Positions 1-13,645 of a stretch of DNA of 64,000 bases are shown one piece after another. The stretch is taken from assembly GCA_964247055.1 (NCBI GenBank), contig OZ176054.1, forward strand, positions 12,028,001 through 12,092,000, in the 5' to 3' direction. Positions within the stretch are counted from its first letter, which is position 1. Each line of letters begins with the position of its first letter. The stretch comes from Paragordius varius. Lineage: Eukaryota; Animalia; Nematomorpha. The notes beneath the pieces are model-generated. The model made no database searches, was not told the origin of the DNA, and saw only the letters and a program-made list of their open reading frames with translations. The translations under genes and the position numbers were made by a program.

Positions 1-647
1 ATTTATTTTTTGACCATGGTCATTAAAAAAACAGCTGTTTTTTGAAAAATTACTGGTAAATTTTTTTTGAAAAATAAGATTTTATTGTTTTTTATATATT
101 TTTTTAAATTATAAATTAAATATTTAAATATGCTTATTTAATAATATAAAATTGTTAAACATGCATCGTTATAACATTAGCATTTAAGAATATCCAGTTA
201 TTTCGAAAAACTAAACAATCAAGCATTTTGCAAAATATGCAATTATTCCATATATGTGAACCAATATTTGGAATAAACATTTTATAATTGGATATTTCAA
301 TGATGAAAGTAAGTTTAAAACAAACTAGGTAAAATTATATTTAAAATATCCAGTATTAAAAGCTAAGTATTTCAAAATTCAGAAGACCACAAACATGTGG
401 CATTTATTTAACAAAATTCTTGATTAAATTTAATTTAAAATATTTGTAAATAATAAATATCAAAAAAATGTATAAACTTTTTATAAAAAACATGACATTA
501 TTAGTGAAACTCAAGTGTCGTACGAATATTATTTTCACAATCCATCGCATAATATTTACTTAAGTAAGGTCATGACCGTGGTCATGACCATGGTCTGACT
601 GGGTCTGACCGGAATTTTTTGAAAAAGCAGTCAAATGCACAACCCTA
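1..647. mobile_element. Right end of a non-autonomous DNA element (hAT-like, TAGGG-type terminus); begins before the window
   Basis: Ends in TGCACAACCCTA (reverse complement TAGGGTTGTGCA). Subterminal cluster of palindromic GGTCATGACC/GGTCTGAC motifs at about 568-610, and TGACCATGGTCA at 11-22. Confidence 0.45.
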
Positions 648-2430
648 GGAGAGATACAATAAATAAGGATGTGAAGCAGTTGGTTAGATTAAAATTTGAT
701 ATTATTAAGATTTTAATCCATATTTTAAATCATGACCACTCATAATTGAGTAATTTTTTTATGGATTTAAAATAAAAACTTTTAAATACCCCTTATTTTT
801 GAAATAAAATTAAAATTTCTTAGAATTGAGCCCCCCCTTCAACTATAGCACCCTCCCACCCCCTTACGCCCTTCATAGGTAAGTCATTAAAATAAGCTGC
901 ACACAACCCGTATATAGGGCTTTGATGTCAATGAACGTGTTTCGAAAAAGTCGACAAATTATAAATAGTCAGCTATGTATATTAAATTTTTGAAATATCA
1001 GAATATGGTCCATCACAAGTCTTTTTTCAAATCATCTAATGTCACTTTATAATGTGTTCGAATCTAATATTTGGATAACGTTTGGCCATTTAATAGGGTC
1101 ACAAATTTCATTCAGAAGGTGCACATAAAGAAGTCCATTTTCGAATTCCCTATAATAAGCGCATCTTATGAATATACAGTTTTTCTAAAGACAACTTCAA
1201 AAATCGTTATGATAGACTATTTATTATTGATTTAAACCGCCTAACATAGTATTGTTCTTGAGCAATACTTGGTACAATACCATAGGTTATGAAAAACATG
1301 TACTCAAAATTGTTTAAAAGAAACAATGTTGAATTTGCCGAAAAACGCCTCCCAATTAAATTTTCATTTATAATTTAAAGAATGCGCATTATGGTTGCTA
1401 AGAAACTGACCCCTTGTTTAGTTCAACTAAATAGAATTTCTCACCAAAAAATTTAATATAATTTCGTTTGTCATCTTCTTTCGATTAATAAATTTTCCAA
1501 TGTTCCAGGTACCTTCCTAAAAGTGAAAAACAATCTAACGCTTTTTTCAAATTTGCTTCCATGGAAAGGATAGCTTATAGACACGCTTTCATATAAAAAA
1601 ACATGGCTTAGTTTAAAATCAATTTAATCTTGTAATAGTAAGTATTTTACAAATAAATTCTTTACATCTAGGCCTCCCTTTTTGAATTGTAGAGGTTAGT
1701 TATTATTTTAGACGTATTGCAATTAAATTTTATAGCAGGCCCAATTTGCTAGTCATTTTGACTTAATCACAGTCATGCCGATTGTCATATGCAACCCTTT
1801 TATTTTTTTGTTTTTTGTGATTATTTAATATATTTACTATTTTTGGTAGTTTTTTTGCATCAAACATCCCAATCATATGCAGAAGAGTTAAAAAAACTAA
1901 ATAAATATTACCCGACGAATGACATTTAATAACTTATATAGGTTAAATAAAAATTTGAAGGTAGCCTCTTTTGTAGTGTGTGTCAAGTTAAACAATATTT
2001 ATTTAATATTGGAGAACAATAATTATTAATATTTTTGTTGGCGTAAAAAATGTTTAAAAATAAATTAATATATATCCTTGTTTTAACTATATCCCTGGAT
2101 TCGAGTGGTGCATTGCAGACAAGTATATTGATAGTTTTATTAAATACAGTTTACTACTATCTATTAAATTTTCTTTAATCTAATATAGCAATTGAAATAA
2201 AAATTATTTTTTAATTAGGGACGGAGTAAATTTATGTAGAAAGATATCATGGTTTTTAAAGAATATATTTTAAAAATTTTCTTTAAAAAAACCTCTACCT
2301 GCTTAAAATATATTTTACCAAAGTAACAGTCTATTTAAAATAATCTAACAATAAAGTTAAAAGTTTTAAAATAAAAATTATCAGAAAATGGTAATTCTAT
2401 AATTTGCTGTTGTTCATACTACCCTTGTAG

Positions 2431-2529
2431 TGCCAAACTATTTAATGGAACAATATTTTGCGAAACGGAATTCGGTGATTAACACAGAAAAAGCAGAGAT
2501 GCCCCAAACAAACGTTCAATCAATACAAG
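2431..2529 (+). other. Candidate exon of an orphan gene (MEQYFAKRNSVINTEKAEMPQTNVQSIQ)
   Basis: Flanked by CTTGTAG (acceptor) and AAG|GTAAAG (donor). Open frame with ATG at 2445. Ends in phase 1, compatible with the exon at 7467. No homology recognised. Confidence 0.3.
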
Positions 2530-2566
2530 GTAAAGAATATTTGACATTATTTCAACATGAGTAAGT

Positions 2567-2770
2567 GATATACCATTTACAATTCATATTCAATCTCAAA
2601 TAAATTATGTGTTTTTTAAAATTAAAAACCTATATTTTAATATATTTTAAAAAAACTGAAAAAATAATTAAGTGTGCCATAAAGTTATATTTCATATTAA
2701 TAACGAAAACACATAATTGTTTTTTAGGGTGAATTTGAATTGTTTGAGGGTGATTTTGAATTGTTTGAGA
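2567..2770. mobile_element. Foldback-like MITE, GATATACCATTT family, right end truncated
   Basis: Starts GATATACCATTTACAATTCA. The right side has two 21-bp units (GAGGGTGAATTTGAATTGTTT-like) as in the 12010 copy, but lacks the terminal AAATGGTATATC. Confidence 0.55.
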
Positions 2771-3783
2771 ATTTTTGTCGGTAAAATGCAACCTAAAAGC
2801 TTACTAAAGTTAATTAATTACATTTAACCATAATATACATTTATTTCTATTTTATCAGCGACTTAAAAATGTTTAAAGAAAAAATGAGAGCGAAAAAATA
2901 AGGATTTTTTTAATTTTATATATTTTAATTTTTTTGTATTATGCGCGCAAAAGATTAAATAAAGCATATTTTGAATTTGGCCTAATACCTTTTTTACTTT
3001 TTTGGATTTTAAAATTTTAAATCGCTTAGGGATATAAAACAACCCGGTCACAAAATGTTAAATTCGAAATATGTTACCCATTTCTGAATTTTAAAATTAC
3101 TCCACGATTCAAATTTTTTCTAAAATAAATATTTGATTTTGAATAGTAAAATCTTTCATTCATATAGCAATTTTTATAGCTAGAATTACAAATAACAAAT
3201 ATTTATCTATATTTTTTGTACAATTCTTAATTAACTTAATGTGTGTGATATGGATAGTTTTAGCCTTGACATTTTTTAATTGTTTTAATATCGCTCCTAA
3301 ATAAATATTGATTTATTTATTTTGCACACTACTTTTATTGAATTGTATAACTCTGCGTACGAAATTGGGGGCTATAAAAAATATCCTGATAAATATATAT
3401 AAATATATAAGCATTTTATGGTGATTTTGGTTTTGAGCCATATGGATTTAAGAAAGTTGATTCCACTTATATGGTTATTGCCCATATCGAAAAGTGTCAA
3501 AATTAGCGCACTCTATATCAAAAATATTGGTAACAGCTAAAGGAATTCAAAATATTATGAATTTATATCATAACATATATTTGAAAAGTAAAACATTATT
3601 ACAATTAAAATAATAATTTGATCTCGTAAAATTTAAATTAAACTATATCCAAAATTTTCGATATAGTATCTTTTTCAATGGATCAACTAAATTTTAAAAT
3701 TTTACATTTAGGCTTCGAAAGTTGCCGATTTATTGACTATCTTAAAATGGGCTACTTTCTAAACACTTTATGACCTTTTAGGG

Positions 3784-6196
3784 AAGTGGTACTCAAACCG
3801 CGGCGCTAAGAGTGCTTTAAAATTTCCCTACGACCATATTGATACTTAAATTATTTTTTGATGAACTTTTAAAATACACGTAAACGAATTTTCGCTTATT
3901 TCAATATTAATTTATTTTCCTTAGGTTTTATTTTGGTAATTTTTATTTTTTACCCAATAAAAAATTTTCTCTACATTTAAAAAATTTCCAAATTTTGGCA
4001 CTCGTTGTTTCTGTTTCTGTATTCTATTTTCTTTTCTATTTTAAAATTTTTATTGCATTCCTTTTTTGTAATTAAGCAAGCCTTTTACCCAAACTTGCTT
4101 ATACATATTCTTTTCATTGCTATCCTGCATCTGTTTCATAACTCATTCTCATTAAATTTTAAAATCAACATCATTAAATTTCGACCTGTTTGTTTATAGC
4201 ATAATTCAAATTATATTCGGATATTTTTTGAAAAAATAATATTTAAACATAAATTCAAAGGATGACATCTGAAGCTAAACACGTAAATTATCCGATGAAA
4301 AAAGCGTCTCTAAAGAATAGGAAAAAAAATTCTTTGTCGTTTTAAATAAAAATGTTGTTACCTGCCTCATATGTAAGGACAACATATTTTAAAAAAATTC
4401 AATATTGAAAGACATTTAATCCAAAAAGAAATGAAGAATATAAAAATATTAAGGAATTTACCAGAGAGAAAATATTAGGTCCATCTTTCTCCCAGGAAGA
4501 AGCTGTAACATCAGCTTCGTATGAAATTCGCCATATTTTAGGAAAAAATATGAAACTGTTTACTGATTCCCAACTAATAAAAGAATGTGTAATAAATGGT
4601 TGCACTTTTTAATTTGATATAATATATTATAAAAATCTAATCATGAGACAAATTAAAAAGCTTCCACTTTCTGATTCATCAGGCACTCGACGTGTTGAAG
4701 ATATGTCTAAATATATTTTCTACAATACATTATTGGCTCTGAAAAACTGCAAATATTTTAGTACTGCTATTGGTAGCACTGATATTAGTTCAACACCTCA
4801 ATGTGCGCTCTTCGTGAGATTTTGCAACGACAACATAATCAACGAGGAATATTTTAAATTTTTACCAATGAATAATACCACGAAAGGAAGTGACTTTCTC
4901 GAAATAATTAGCACTTTTTTCCATAATAATGGTATATCTATGAAAGATTGGTTTTGATCTGCACAGATGGATGTCCCTCTATGATTGGAATAAACAAAGG
5001 AGATATTCTTCTTGAAAAACAAATATAATTTGCAAAATATTTTATCCTTTCACTGCTTTATTCATCAGCAAAACTTGGTTTCGAATGTTCAAGATGAATC
5101 ATTCAATTCAATAAACGGATGTGGCAGAAAATTTAACCACCGTAAATTCAAAAACCTTCGGAAAGATATCCACAGTGTGTTTGATGATATTCTTTTATAC
5201 ACAGCTGTGAGGCCTAGCCTTATCAAAGTAATAAATAGATTTTTTGTTTTAAGACGTGAAATTTTATTATTTATAAAAGTTAACAGAAAGTTTTTCGATG
5301 ATATTAATGGTGACAAATGGTGGTTTTATTAGCCTACCTTTTCGACATTACTTATAAACTTAGTATTTTTAATACAAGTCTTCAAGGGAGCAAAATAATA
5401 ACCCAATTTGCTAATCAAATATTTGCTTTTGAATAAAAATTAATAATATATAAACAAGATTTTATAAATAAAACACTCCAGGATTTTCCAACACTTAAAA
5501 CGATTCATGAAGAAACCGCGGAGATTAATTTAATAGTATACAATCTTAACATTTTTATCTTATGAGTTGAAATTCATATTTCAAGAATTAAGAAATATTA
5601 AAAATTGCTTAAAATTCGTTAAAAATCATGGCATATGTATATCCAATATTAAGCAATTTGAGCGTTTCGGTTTTGATCAGGCGCATATTATAGAAGAATT
5701 CGTAAATTTTAAAAATGATTCCAATTTAGAGGCTACATTCAAGGAGAATCGTAGAGAAGATAGATATGTAGAGTTTTGGGAAGATGTGCCAAATAAATAT
5801 TAAAATATATAAAAATGTGCTCAAGTTATCCTAACTGTTTTCCCTCAACTTACACTGTGACGGCATATTCAAAAATGAAGTATGCCAACAGTACATGCAG
5901 AAATCGCAACCGATGATCATATGGACGACGTATTTAGATTGGCCTGTCATGAGGCGAAACCAAATTATATTGGTTAATATGAAAATAAATGTTGTTATCA
6001 AAATATTTTAAACTATATAGTGCAAACCGAATTTTTATCTGGATTTACATGCGATATGCAAAAAATTCATTGTGCTGATTTAGAATATAAATATGTGCAT
6101 ATGTGTCAAATAGCTATGGAATATTTGCCATTATAAGGTTCATGGCCCTCAAAAAAAAATATATTTGATTTGACCCGTTTTTAGTGAGTACCACTG
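3784..6196 (+). mobile_element. Decayed hAT DNA transposon (Buster/SPIN/Charlie, GTF2IRD2-like transposase), copy 1
   Basis: TIRs AAGTGGTACTC...GAGTACCACTG. 8-bp TSD TTTTAGGG/TTTTGGGG. Frameshifted transposase pieces, e.g. ORF 4643-4957 (KKLPLSDS..RRVEDM, STDISSTPQCALFVRF, NTTKGSD), 5012-5332 and 5567-5803. Confidence 0.9.
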
Positions 6197-6602
6197 TTTT
6201 GGGGTAATTATATACTACGTGGCCTATTATAATTTAAATATCTTAAAAATTTAAAATATGCTGTCTTTAGCCTTTTGGGCACAAAATACAAATTTTTTGA
6301 AAAAAAGTAAAATTGTAAAAAATCCTCATTTAAACTTTTTGTGGCCATTTATTTCTTTAATTTTTATCGTGATTATAACAGGCAAATATATATTATGGTA
6401 AAAAAATAATAAAACTTTGGAAAGCTTCAATTACAATTTGCCAGCAAATGAAATTTTCGATTTTAATATCAGCTGTTTGTTTCAAATGTGTTGAACTATC
6501 TAAATTTTAATGTCTAGAAGTTATAAATATTGTAAAAATTGTAGCTTTCATTTATTTAAATTTTAACCATAACAACTTTCAAAATAGTTGTTATTTTATA
6601 CT

Positions 6603-7174
6603 TTAATACTTGGATACAATACATTCATTTTAGTCCTTCGATTCGGATAGTTAAATACCCCAGGCCTGTTTAAAATTAAATTCTTTAAAAAATATGAAAG
6701 GAATCGAAACCATAGCAAAATTTTGCACTTATATAACATTAATAAACCGAAATATATAAAAAATTAATTCAAAAATACTTGATTTTACTTATTTTAATCT
6801 AAAACTGAGAGGTAAAATGTCAACCTGACATGTGTGCAATATTAAAATTGAAAAAATACAAAATAAACCGCCTATTCTATATCTATCAATGTTAGATGTA
6901 ATTTAAATTAAAAATTAGCTTTAATTTTACCCTTAAAATTAAAGGATCACGATATTTTGCAAACATGTAAAATAAAAAATGGCGTCGAAGAGTTTGACAT
7001 GGAACTTTTTTTTAAAAACAAAATTTTATTTAGATATTTCGGCATATTTACATAATTTTTATTAGGATAGATGCATAAATTTAAATTGGGACCCTTTCCT
7101 TCAGTACTTTTTAAAAAATCTTAACTCTAATTTAGTCTGAGGTATTTAAATACCCATTTGAATCGAAGTGTTAA
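6603..7174. mobile_element. piggyBac-like MITE, copy 1
   Basis: Flanked by TTAA at both ends. Right end CCATTTGAATCGAAGTG|TTAA. Colinear with the copy at 15181-15769. Confidence 0.7.
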
Positions 7175-7466
7175 CCTCAGGGTTAATAAACCCCATATTT
7201 GGACAAAAAAGGAAAATGTAATGAAGTGTTAATGCTGTTTTTTGGAATAAAGCATTTGGCTATCGCCAAATATTTTTAGTTAGAATATGAACAAATTTTA
7301 CGATTTTACGATATAAAGAAAATATTTCAAAAGTGTATATATTTTTTTTAAATTATTTCTAAGGCCCAAAATACCAAAACATGAGAATTCTGCATTTTTT
7401 ATCAGAAAATTATATATTTAAGCTATATTTTGCCACTGTGTGTAATAAAACATTTATTGTTTACAG

Positions 7467-7909
7467 GGAAAGCGAAAATGAAGACCAAACTTGTCCGATT
7501 TTCACTAAAGGGAATAAATGTGGAGGATATTGTTAAAAGTGAATTGGTTATTCCACTTAATACGGATGCAAAGAATTTGTCTGATCACCAATTGTTTGAT
7601 AAAATCAAAGGTAACCCGATTAAAAACACGGTCATAATTTCTATTAAGGAAACTCCAGTGATAAACAGCAACGTACAGCAGAGTAGAATACATCAAATAC
7701 CTTCCGGAATTAATCAACAATGCTCGAAAACTTTGGCAAAATGTGATAATGCCACACATTATTTAATCATTTCACTTAACACTAGCGATTATAAACATTT
7801 GGTAAAGAATGCTAAAATATCAATGTTGTTTGATGTCCAAGAAATCGCTAAGCCTTTCCTTGGTGTCGATAAATATTTGATGATTTACACAAAGGATACG
7901 GGCCTTGGG
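7467..7909 (+). CDS. Orphan coding exon (about 147 codons), function unknown
   Basis: Lies within ORF 7430-7912. Bounded by TTGTTTACAG| and |GTAATA. Stop-free with protein-like composition in a very AT-rich background. A possible last exon at 8017-8050 (GPSIKIMFNAL*). No family recognised. Confidence 0.45.
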
Positions 7910-8139
7910 TAATATTAAATAAAAAAATAATTTATATATCAATTATAATGTACGAGATTTTGCGTTATAGATAAATACAGTGAGATATACATTTAAATTA
8001 AACTTTTATTTCTTAGACCAAGTATCAAAATTATGTTTAATGCTTTATAAGTACATTTTAGCATTTAAAATTTAGAGATTTGAGTATGCCATCAATTAAC
8101 ATTAAGATGAATGGTCGATGATAAGTTATCATGCCTGAA

Positions 8140-8845
8140 CATAAGTGAATATGTGGAAATATTTTAACGTACATTCTGAGAAATTATCTACTATTTTTAC
8201 CTTCAACTTCATTCAATATGAGACAGTTTCATAATAAGAAAACAATATGTGTATCTTTTAATAAATTGATAAATATCTTGCACATTAGTGCCATAATCGA
8301 TGTTTGACCATTTAAAGCTATGTGAGGATATATTTCTTAATATATTGGTCACCATTATATAAAAAATATAATTTTTACGAATTCGTTAATGAAATATTTT
8401 CACTTTTTCCACTAAACTGTTAATGTAACGCAGAGACGAAACATATGAAGCTATGAAACCAAAATTGCATCAAGCTATCTCTCGTATTCAAAAGCGGTCA
8501 ATATCTTCGATGAAGTTATCCAATAAAAAGGCAAAATCTTGCGGCATAAATACTTTTTTCACCGATCTACAAGAGATTATGACTAGTGTTGTCGCACCGA
8601 TTGGTAACATTGCAATAAATCAATGCAGAGGTATGCTATAGCTTTGATATGTTTGATAAAATGAGAGATTTTACAAGCTAGTATTAAAGCTCCTAAAAGT
8701 ACTTTTTATAGCCCTAATTTAACAGCGCTTATTCTAAGTACAGAATCTTCAAAAGTGAAACTATATATTATTTACCGGTAATATGGCCCTTGGAAAAATA
8801 AAAATATTTGTTTGGCCCTTTAAAAAATTTTGGTGAGTGCCACTG
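8140..8845 (+). mobile_element. hAT remnant: degenerate dimerisation-domain sequence plus right TIR
   Basis: Ends TTTGGCCC...GGTGAGTGCCACTG, the same terminus as copy 2. An LPSTSF..ETV-like remnant lies near 8190-8230. Left boundary approximate. Confidence 0.5.
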
Positions 8846-9477
8846 TATTACATTCTATTCTTTTTTCCATATTTAGGCGAGTGTCCCTACGACTTTTTAA
8901 CTGTCCTTGTCAAAGGTTACAGATTTCCAGCCATGATTAAAGCTTATCATATGATTAAATATGGAAGAAGCATGGCATCCGACATTCAATTAACATGTGC
9001 TCCTACCTCATATGACATTCAATCGATCATAATACATGATGGGACTAGTTTTCTCTTAAGGAATTATCCTTTTGGTGCGTTATCGTGTGAATGTTTGTAA
9101 TATGTTGCATACATATTATTACAATACCTCTTTCTATATTATTTTTGTTCAATAATTACTTATTTTTTTCAAATAATTAGAATATAAAAATATAGCTTAG
9201 TCATATAGCTAGTATAATAAATTATTTAGGCAGCAAAAAAAATGTTTTTTTAGTATGAGAAGTAGAATATATAAATCCTGCAATATAATCCAGTGCCATC
9301 ATTTAATATATAAATTATTAGGTGTAAGTATATATAATTTGCCCTAAACAAATCAACATGGTTACTGAATCATATTTTTAAGATCATGCCATTTTGATTT
9401 TATTTAGAGAACTTACTAGCTTGCAAGATTTATAAAAATGTTAGATCATGTAAATCAATAAACCCAACGGATTACAG

Positions 9478-11804
9478 CAGTGGTACTCCAACCGCAACCC
9501 GCGGGCCACATGCGGCCCTAAGAGTGATTAGAAATTGCCCTATGGCTATATGATGTTTTTTTACAATACAGATAAACCATTTTCGCTTTTTTAATATTAA
9601 TTTATATTTTTCTTTAGATTTAATTTTGGTAATTTGTTTTTTACCCAATTTGAAATATGAAAAATTTCCTTACATTATAATGATTTAAAAATTTTGGCAC
9701 ACGTTGTTTCTGTTCCTGTATTCTATTTCCTTTTTTGTATTTAAGCATGCTTTCACCTAAACCTGCATATACATATTATTTTCAATGCTATCCTGCATTA
9801 TTTTTTATAACTCATTTCCATAAAATATTTTTCAAATCAATATCAATTTTGAACTGTTTTTATATCATAACTCAATTTCCTATTTTTTTAAAAAAAATTA
9901 CATAAAAGACATAAATTCAAAGGAGGATATCTAATGCTAAAAAACGTATCTGATGATAATCGCTCCTTTAAAAAAGAATGGGAAGAAAAATTTTTTGTCG
10001 TTTTAAATAAAAATGTTGTTACCTGCCTTATATGTAAGGACAACATAATTATAAAAAAATACAATGTTGAAAGACATTTTACAAATCATTATAATAAATT
10101 ATCAGAAAATCATGAGGAAAGAAACGAAAAATAAAAATTTATTATGTCATAGCTTTCTCCCAGGAAAAAGCTGTAACATTAGCTTGGTATGAAATTTGCT
10201 ATATTTAAAAAATTATGAAACCGTCTGATTCTCAACTAATAATAGAATGTCTAATAAATGGTTGCACTTTTTTATTTAATAAATTCCATAATAAAGATCA
10301 AATCATGAGGCAAAAAACTTCAACTTTCTGATTCATCTCTAAACACATTTTTAACAATATATTATTGGCTCTGAAAAACTGCAAAATTTTAGTATTGCTA
10401 TTGATTCTGGGACTGAGATTAGTTAACACAATAATGTGCGCACTTCGTGAGATTTTGCAAGGACAAAATAATCAACGAGGAATATTTAAAATTTTTACCT
10501 ATATATAATACCACGAAAGGAAGTGATTATCGAAATAATTAGCACTTTGTTCGATAATAATGGTATATTTATGAAAAAATTGGTTTCAATCTGCACAAAT
10601 AGCTGTCCCTCTATGATTGAAATAAACAAATGATACATTCCTCTTTTGAAAAACAACTATATTTTTATGCTTTCACTGCTTTATTCATCAGCAAAACTTG
10701 GTTTCGCATGTAAAAGATGAATCACTCAATTCAGTAATTAAAACGGTTGTGGATATAGTTACCCATATCCGTGGCAGAGATTCAACTGCTGTAAATTCAA
10801 AAACCTTCTGAAAGATATCCACAGTGAGTTTGATGATATTCTTTTGTGGACCGCTGTAAGATGGCTAAGTCTTAGCAAAGTATTAAATAGATTTATTGTT
10901 TTAAGACATGAAATTCTATTATTTATGAAACATTACTTCAAAACTTAGTATTTACAAGTTTTCAAGGGAGCAAAATAATCCAATTTGCTAATAAAATATT
11001 TGCTTTTGAAGAAAAAATAATAAATAAACAAGATTTTATAAATATAACACTCTTATATTTTCCAACACTTAAAACGATTTATGAAGAAAATATGGAAACC
11101 GCGAATATTAATTTAATAATAGACATTCATTTAACATTTTTATCTAATGAGATGAAATTCATATTTCAAGAATTATGAAATATTAAAAATTGCTTAAAAC
11201 TCGTTGAAAATCATGGCATATGGATATATTTAATATTAAGCAACTTGAGCATTTCGGTTTTGATCAGGCGCATATCATTGAAGAATTCGTATATTTTAAA
11301 AATGATTCCAATTTGGAGGCTATATTCAAGAAGAATCGCAGAGATGAAAGATATGTAGAGTTTTGGCATAATGTGCCAAATAAATATGAAAATATAAAAT
11401 GTACTGAAGCTATCCTAACTGTTTTCCCCTCAACTTATACGTGCGAGACGGTATATTCAAAAATGAATTCAAAAATACATATATAAATCGCTAAACCGGT
11501 CATATGGACGCCATATTAAGATTGGCCTGTCATGAGGCGAAACCAAATTTGTCAAAAATTATTGGTTAATATTAAAATAAACGTTGTTATCAAAATATTA
11601 TAATTTTTTAAACTAAATGGTGCAAAACGAGTTTTTAGGTGGATTTACATGCGTTACGCAAAAAAGTCGTTGTGCTGATTTAGAGTATAAATATGTGCAT
11701 ATGTGTCAAATAGCTATGGAATATTTGCCATTATAAGGTTCATGGCCCTCGAAAAAAAAATATATCTTATTTGGCCCGTCAAATTTTTTTGGTGAGTGCC
11801 ACTG
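9478..11804 (+). mobile_element. Decayed hAT DNA transposon (Buster/SPIN-like), copy 2
   Basis: TIRs CAGTGGTACTC...GAGTGCCACTG. 8-bp TSD GATTACAG/GATTAGAG. N-terminal zinc-finger-like remnant (RSFKKEWEEKFF..VTCLICK..KKYNVERHF, 9934-10134) and dimerisation motif (FPSTYTCETVYSKM, 11220-11486). Colinear with copy 1. Confidence 0.9.
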
Positions 11805-12009
11805 GATTAGAGTAATCTGCTGTTTAAAAATTTCAATGACAAAATATCATTTATGTAGCTAAATAGTGAGGTTTCGTTAGAGTTATTAAAAAACGACCTT
11901 TGCCAGCACCGACAATGATTATCCGCAGGACTCTTGACTTAATACTTGTTTTTACTAAAACTTATATGGTTAGTCATGGCTTCTGTATAAGTGTGAAGCA
12001 GAAAATCGA

Positions 12010-12256
12010 TATATACCATTTACAGTTCAAATTCACTCTTTAACAATTCAAATCCACCTAAAAATAAACTATGTGTTTTCAAACTATAAATCATTATTAA
12101 AATAAAATATAGCTTTATGGCATAGTTTATTATTTTGTATTATTTTAATTTTAAACAAAATTTTATTTTTTTAAATATATAAAAATATAGGTAATTTCTA
12201 ATCTTAAAAAACATATTATTTATTTGAGGGTGAATTTGAATTGTAAATGGTATATC
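12010..12256. mobile_element. Foldback-like MITE, GATATACCATTT family
   Basis: TIRs TATACCATTTACAGTTCAAATTCAC ... GTGAATTTGAATTGTAAATGGTATATC. Confidence 0.65.
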
Positions 12257-12811
12257 ATTTTTAATAAATCAAAAACATATCATTAATTATATTAAAAATT
12301 TAAAAGTTTTTTAAATCTGTTAGTAGTAATTTAATTGACTTTCTAATTTAAGTAAGCACTTATGACAACATGACAAAATATTTACATTAAAATTATGCAA
12401 AATACTATAATAATTATATTGTAAAGATTTAACAGAATTTTAGCGCATATAAAAGGTAACTAGTTTAGACAATTTTTATTGATCTGAAACATATGTTACT
12501 AGAATTGGGAACAAGGATTTGTTAACGGTGTGTAAATTTAATAAATTTATATTAAAGACAAGTATTGGATATTATATAATCAAGGATAATAATTTAGCAA
12601 TAAAGATATTAAATGTTTAAGGCTTAGAGGTTTAGAATACAAAAAGGGCTTTTATAAATCATGATGTAAAAATATGAGCGCACAGAAACAAAAGTAAATA
12701 TGCGTATTGAAAAAAATAGAAGCTTTTTTCTGTATTACCGTAAATCGATATGTTAATTTTTTTTCATAATACGAAAAGGTATAAAATGCATTTTTATACT
12801 TGTCCCCAATA

Positions 12812-12995
12812 TACAGTAGCGTATGCAGTAAAAGATTGTTAGTGCAATAATCTTAATGGACACAAAACAGGGGGACAATTTTGATATATTAATTATCATT
12901 CAGTCCTATTTATAAACATATCCATTATATCCCCCTGTTTTGTGTTCATTAAGATTATTTTGCACTAACAATCTTTTACTGCATACGTTACTGTA
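12812..12995. mobile_element. Tc1/mariner/pogo-type MITE (180 bp between the TA sites)
   Basis: TA|CAGTAGCGTATGCAGTAAAAGATTGTTAGTGCAA...TTGCACTAACAATCTTTTACTGCATACGTTACTG|TA. Near-perfect TIRs of about 60 bp and a TA TSD. Confidence 0.8.
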
Positions 12996-13021
12996 AAGTA
13001 TTTTTATATATCCTCAGGAAA

Positions 13022-13142
13022 TCGCCATTTAAAAGGTGTGATGTATGGTAGGTAGGGGGCCGGACTTTCCCACATGGCTGTGACAGAGTTCGAACCTCGG
13101 AACTGGGACATATAACCGTCATCACAGTTAGCCCTAGACAGG
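13022..13142 (-). mobile_element. Possible tRNA-derived SINE or LINE 3' tail
   Basis: On the minus strand: B-box GGTTCGAACTC, a weak A-box about 35 nt upstream, and a CCTACCTACCATAC tail like the RTE-type tails at about 24020 and 45010. Confidence 0.35.
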
Positions 13143-13338
13143 ATAGTTTTAAAACCTTAATGAAATAAGACAATTTAAGTTTTTACCTTTTAATAAAAAA
13201 GAGATTTTAAAAGGATTTTTAAAGTCTATTGTTCGATGTGGAGAATAACTACAGCACGGGTAAAGAATTATTATAGCAGAAAAATAGCAAATTTTGTAAA
13301 AGCGTGTTTTAATAATTTTAAAAGTGTGTAGTTTAGAT

Positions 13339-13645
13339 CAGGGGGGTACAACACCACCTCTCAAGCGGTTCGAGACATTAAGTGCAGCCCGGCTAAACAA
13401 TCGTAGTAATATAATTTGCAAAAAATATCCTCAAAAAATCTTTAAAATATATATTTCCCAAACATATTTTCTGGATGGGCATATCCAATCGGAACGAACT
13501 AAAAATAAATGTTATATTCTATGTGCATTTTACAGTCTAATGAAAATCTAATCAGGTATATTCGAATGCCAATATATATTTCGAATAGTGCCCATTTTTT
13601 GAGTTAAAATGTGGCCCACGAAGCCATTTGTGTTGGAAACTCCTG
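13339..13645. mobile_element. hAT-type MITE (about 307 bp)
   Basis: Imperfect TIRs CAGGGGGGTACAAC...GTTGGAAACTCCTG. Flanks GTTTAGAT/GTATAGAA match at 6 of 8 positions and resemble the Charlie-type nTCTAGAn target. Confidence 0.6.

Noticed and set aside
13075-13110. GTTCGAAC as part of a tRNA gene
   Set aside because: No cloverleaf or acceptor stem. At most a SINE B-box.
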